Positions 62,201 to 64,000 of a stretch of 64,000 nucleotides of DNA are shown one piece after another. Numbering within the stretch: the first letter of the stretch is position 1; each line of letters starts with the position of its first letter. Below the pieces are notes generated by a model. That model saw nothing but the letters and a program-made list of their open reading frames with translations. It was not told where the DNA came from and searched no databases. The DNA lies in assembly GCA_905178155.1 (NCBI GenBank), contig CAJINV010000009.1, positions 3,466,768-3,530,767 on the forward strand. Direction: 5' to 3'. A program made the translations under genes and the position numbers. This stretch comes from Amoebophrya sp. A120 (taxonomy: Eukaryota > Protista > Dinoflagellata).

Positions 62201-64000
62201 CATTTTTACATTTTATAAGGTGCTCAGATGAACCACCAGCAACTGATCGAGCAGTACGAGCAGGTAGACGCGCAGGTGATTGACTTGCTATTTTTCACGC
62301 CCAACAACATCATTTCTTCCTCCCAGTTCTCGAGCAGTGGCGGGGGGAACAGCAATGCTGGGAGCAGCAGCTCCGAGGAAGACAGTGTGGCTCATCACCA
62401 CGGGACGACCACAGCCACGAGGTGCCTGTTTCATCATCACCAGGGCAGTACGAGTAGCGGGCCGCTTCGGTATCAAATGCAAAAGTGTCTGGGTCTGGAA
62501 GGCTGCAAGTTTGTCATGCACATTTTGAATGACTCTTGACGTCTGTGATGCATGCTCTAGCATCACAGATTTTGTGAGGGCTTCCTGATGCCTATACCGC
62601 ATGATAAATGCCCTCTCGTCGTGGCAAAAACTGGACCTCTTTTGCTGTTCATGCAATACAGATTTTTCTAGTGTCCAAATGCAGCATCACAAGTTACATC
62701 CTTCCAGACATCCAGGGATATTTGCAATCCATATTCGGGGAACCATGACGATTGAAGAAGTGAAATCCAATACGGGGATCGCGAGCTCCTTCGGAACCAG
62801 CACTGGGGTATCAAATGTAAAAATGTCTGGGTCTGGAAGAGTCCGAACTTGTGATGCTACCTTTGGACTCTACATAAAATCTGTATTGCACGAACAGCAA
62901 AAGAGGTATAATTTGTGCTACGCGGAGAGGGCATTTCTCATGCGGTATGAGCATCAGATTCAGAAAGCCCTCGCAAAATCTCTGATGCTAGGGCATGCAT
63001 CACAGACCTCCTGGGGCATGCAAAATATGCATGACAAACTCCTGCACTCTTCCAGACCCAGACACTTTTGCAATCCATAACGGGGTGGGATGAATAACAA
63101 TGGAGTTGGAACAAGTGCCTCCTCCACGCACGACAGCTCGGCAACCACTTCTGGGAACGAAGATCTTCACGAGAACAAAGAAGTGGACCACGATCAGCAT
63201 GAGCCGTCGCCAACGAGCAACACAAAAATTGCGGTCTACATGGGAGGCAATAGTACTACACAGAATATTACTACTGGCACCACCACTGTAACTACAGGAG
63301 CCACTGCGTCCTCCTCCCGAGGAGGGGTCGGCTCCTGTGCTGTCAACCCGAGTAGTACCAGCAAGCATTTGTTTCAAACCACGCACCAACAGCGTATCCG
63401 GCACCAATCCGCCATTGCCCTGATGCGGGCGGTTTCTGCGCTGCGCAAAGTGGACGAAATTCTGCAGAAGTCGACCATGTTTTGGTCTCATTTAGGCCTG
63501 ACCACGGGACAAGTGTCTCAAATGAAAGACACGCTCACGCTGTGGATCAAGTACGCCAGCAGCATATGAAATGCAAATATGGCTGGGTCTGGAAACTTGT
63601 GATGCTGGTTGGCGAATCAAGAGAACGCCAGAAATGACGGCTCAGCATGACAGGTTTTTGAGTCGCTTGGTGTTGCCTATTCTGCATGAGAAACTGGGTT
63701 TTCGCATGACACAAAAGTCGTGGCGCTTTTGGCTACCTGGCATGACAGAATTGACAGTCATGCTAGCAGAGCATGACAAACCCGGCATTTTTCCAGACCC
63801 AGACATATTTGCAATGCATACAGCAACGAAAAGCTCCGGAAACGACTGCACGAGCGGCTGGAACAGTATCGCATGTTCTGGCTCGATATCCTGTGCAAAG
63901 GTATCGTACTCGTATAGATGCAAGTCTTGCATTACAAATCTTGTTCCCAAGGCAAATCCGCATTACAAATTTTAGTTCTCATGCGGAGGAAATTTGTAAT
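53275..64000 (+). CDS. Ser/Thr protein kinase (CAMK-group-like) with long C-terminal extension; 1 GT-AG intron (53827-54096) plus at least 18 introners; 3'-partial
   Basis: [50 protein letters not shown]; [19 protein letters not shown] and [20 protein letters not shown] appear only after element removal. Confidence 0.93.
54426..54575. mobile_element. Introner family B
   Basis: DR gagca. Confidence 0.9.
54624..54876. mobile_element. Introner family A
   Basis: DR acaac/acaat. Confidence 0.9.
55036..55314. mobile_element. Introner family D
   Basis: DR gtctt; splits kinase DLWSLG motif. Confidence 0.93.
55349..55616. mobile_element. Introner family A
   Basis: DR tgatg; splits MLM/GHYPF. Confidence 0.93.
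55662..55987. mobile_element. Introner family G
   Basis: DR gttgc. Confidence 0.9.
56034..56183. mobile_element. Introner family B
   Basis: DR tgcaa. Confidence 0.9.
56250..56513. mobile_element. Introner family A
   Basis: DR actaa; splits kinase subdomain XI. Confidence 0.92.
57422..57737. mobile_element. Introner family A with internal ~23-bp tandem duplication
   Basis: DR gcagt; atgtcggtgcggttgttttagca occurs twice. Confidence 0.88.
58436..59645. repeat. GC-rich minisatellite, ~92-bp unit, about 13 copies, each with a strong hairpin
   Basis: CCTAGGCCATGACGCGGGGACCGAGTCCCCGCGCTGGCCTAGG recurs at 58552, 58644, 58736, 58832, 58924, 59016, 59108, 59200, 59292, 59384, 59476; degenerate edge copies. 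Confidence 0.95.
59702..59967. repeat. 11-bp GGGGTRTGTYY tandem repeats followed by three inverted copies
   Basis: ggggtgtgtct/ggggtatgttc array at 59702-59860; gacacacccccgaacatacccccgaacatacccc at 59934-59967. Confidence 0.85.
60195..60476. mobile_element. Introner family A
   Basis: DR aggcg. Confidence 0.9.
61030..61284. mobile_element. Introner family A
   Basis: DR aagga/gagga. Confidence 0.88.
61350..61608. mobile_element. Introner family A
   Basis: DR cgaca. Confidence 0.9.
61674..61892. mobile_element. Introner family H
   Basis: DR gaaca. Confidence 0.88.
61952..62217. mobile_element. Introner family A, close relative of the 25260 copy
   Basis: DR aggtg; internal sequence very similar to 25260-25527. 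Confidence 0.9.
62471..62733. mobile_element. Introner family A
   Basis: DR ttcgg. Confidence 0.9.
62809..63079. mobile_element. Introner family A
   Basis: DR tgggg/acggg; frame restored. Confidence 0.87.
63565..63820. mobile_element. Introner family A
   Basis: DR cagca. Confidence 0.9.
63887..64000. mobile_element. Introner family B, truncated by the window end
   Basis: Left end tatcctgtgcaaaggtatcgtactc. Confidence 0.8.

Noticed and set aside
1490-64000. Recurrent short ORFs with [28 protein letters not shown] or PDPDIFAFD peptides as a repeated protein family
   Set aside because: They are translations of family A TIRs in different frames and strands, not genes.

Overview
Eukaryotic genomic DNA, most likely a syndinian dinoflagellate of the Amoebophrya type (inferred from intron architecture, one-strand gene order and a probable spliced-leader relic). 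About 15 protein-coding genes are present, all on the + strand: a ~2290-aa MATH-domain protein, an FKBP PPIase, a CCCH/C2H2 zinc-finger protein, single-pass membrane proteins, two tandem SPFH/HIR-like paralogues, an ankyrin/TM protein, and a large CAMK-type kinase running off the right end. The ORF track looks shredded because about 55 MITE-like elements from roughly 9 unrelated families interrupt the genes. Nearly all begin TAT and end ATA, have terminal inverted repeats (TIRs), are flanked by a 5-bp direct repeat (DR) and lack consistent GT-AG ends. Deleting each element plus one DR copy restored the reading frame wherever I could follow the frame by hand, including conserved kinase and SPFH motifs, so they behave as non-canonical introner introns. 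All families, and many canonical introns, share an internal TTGTNATGC/GCATNACAA motif. A transposon nest at 27-33.4 kb holds two candidate solo LTRs with 6-bp TSDs and a 1.27-kb TIR element with 44-bp palindromes. One introner is expanded to ~2 kb by a 92-bp hairpin minisatellite. All gene models and coordinates were read by hand and need RNA-seq confirmation. Family letters are my own labels.
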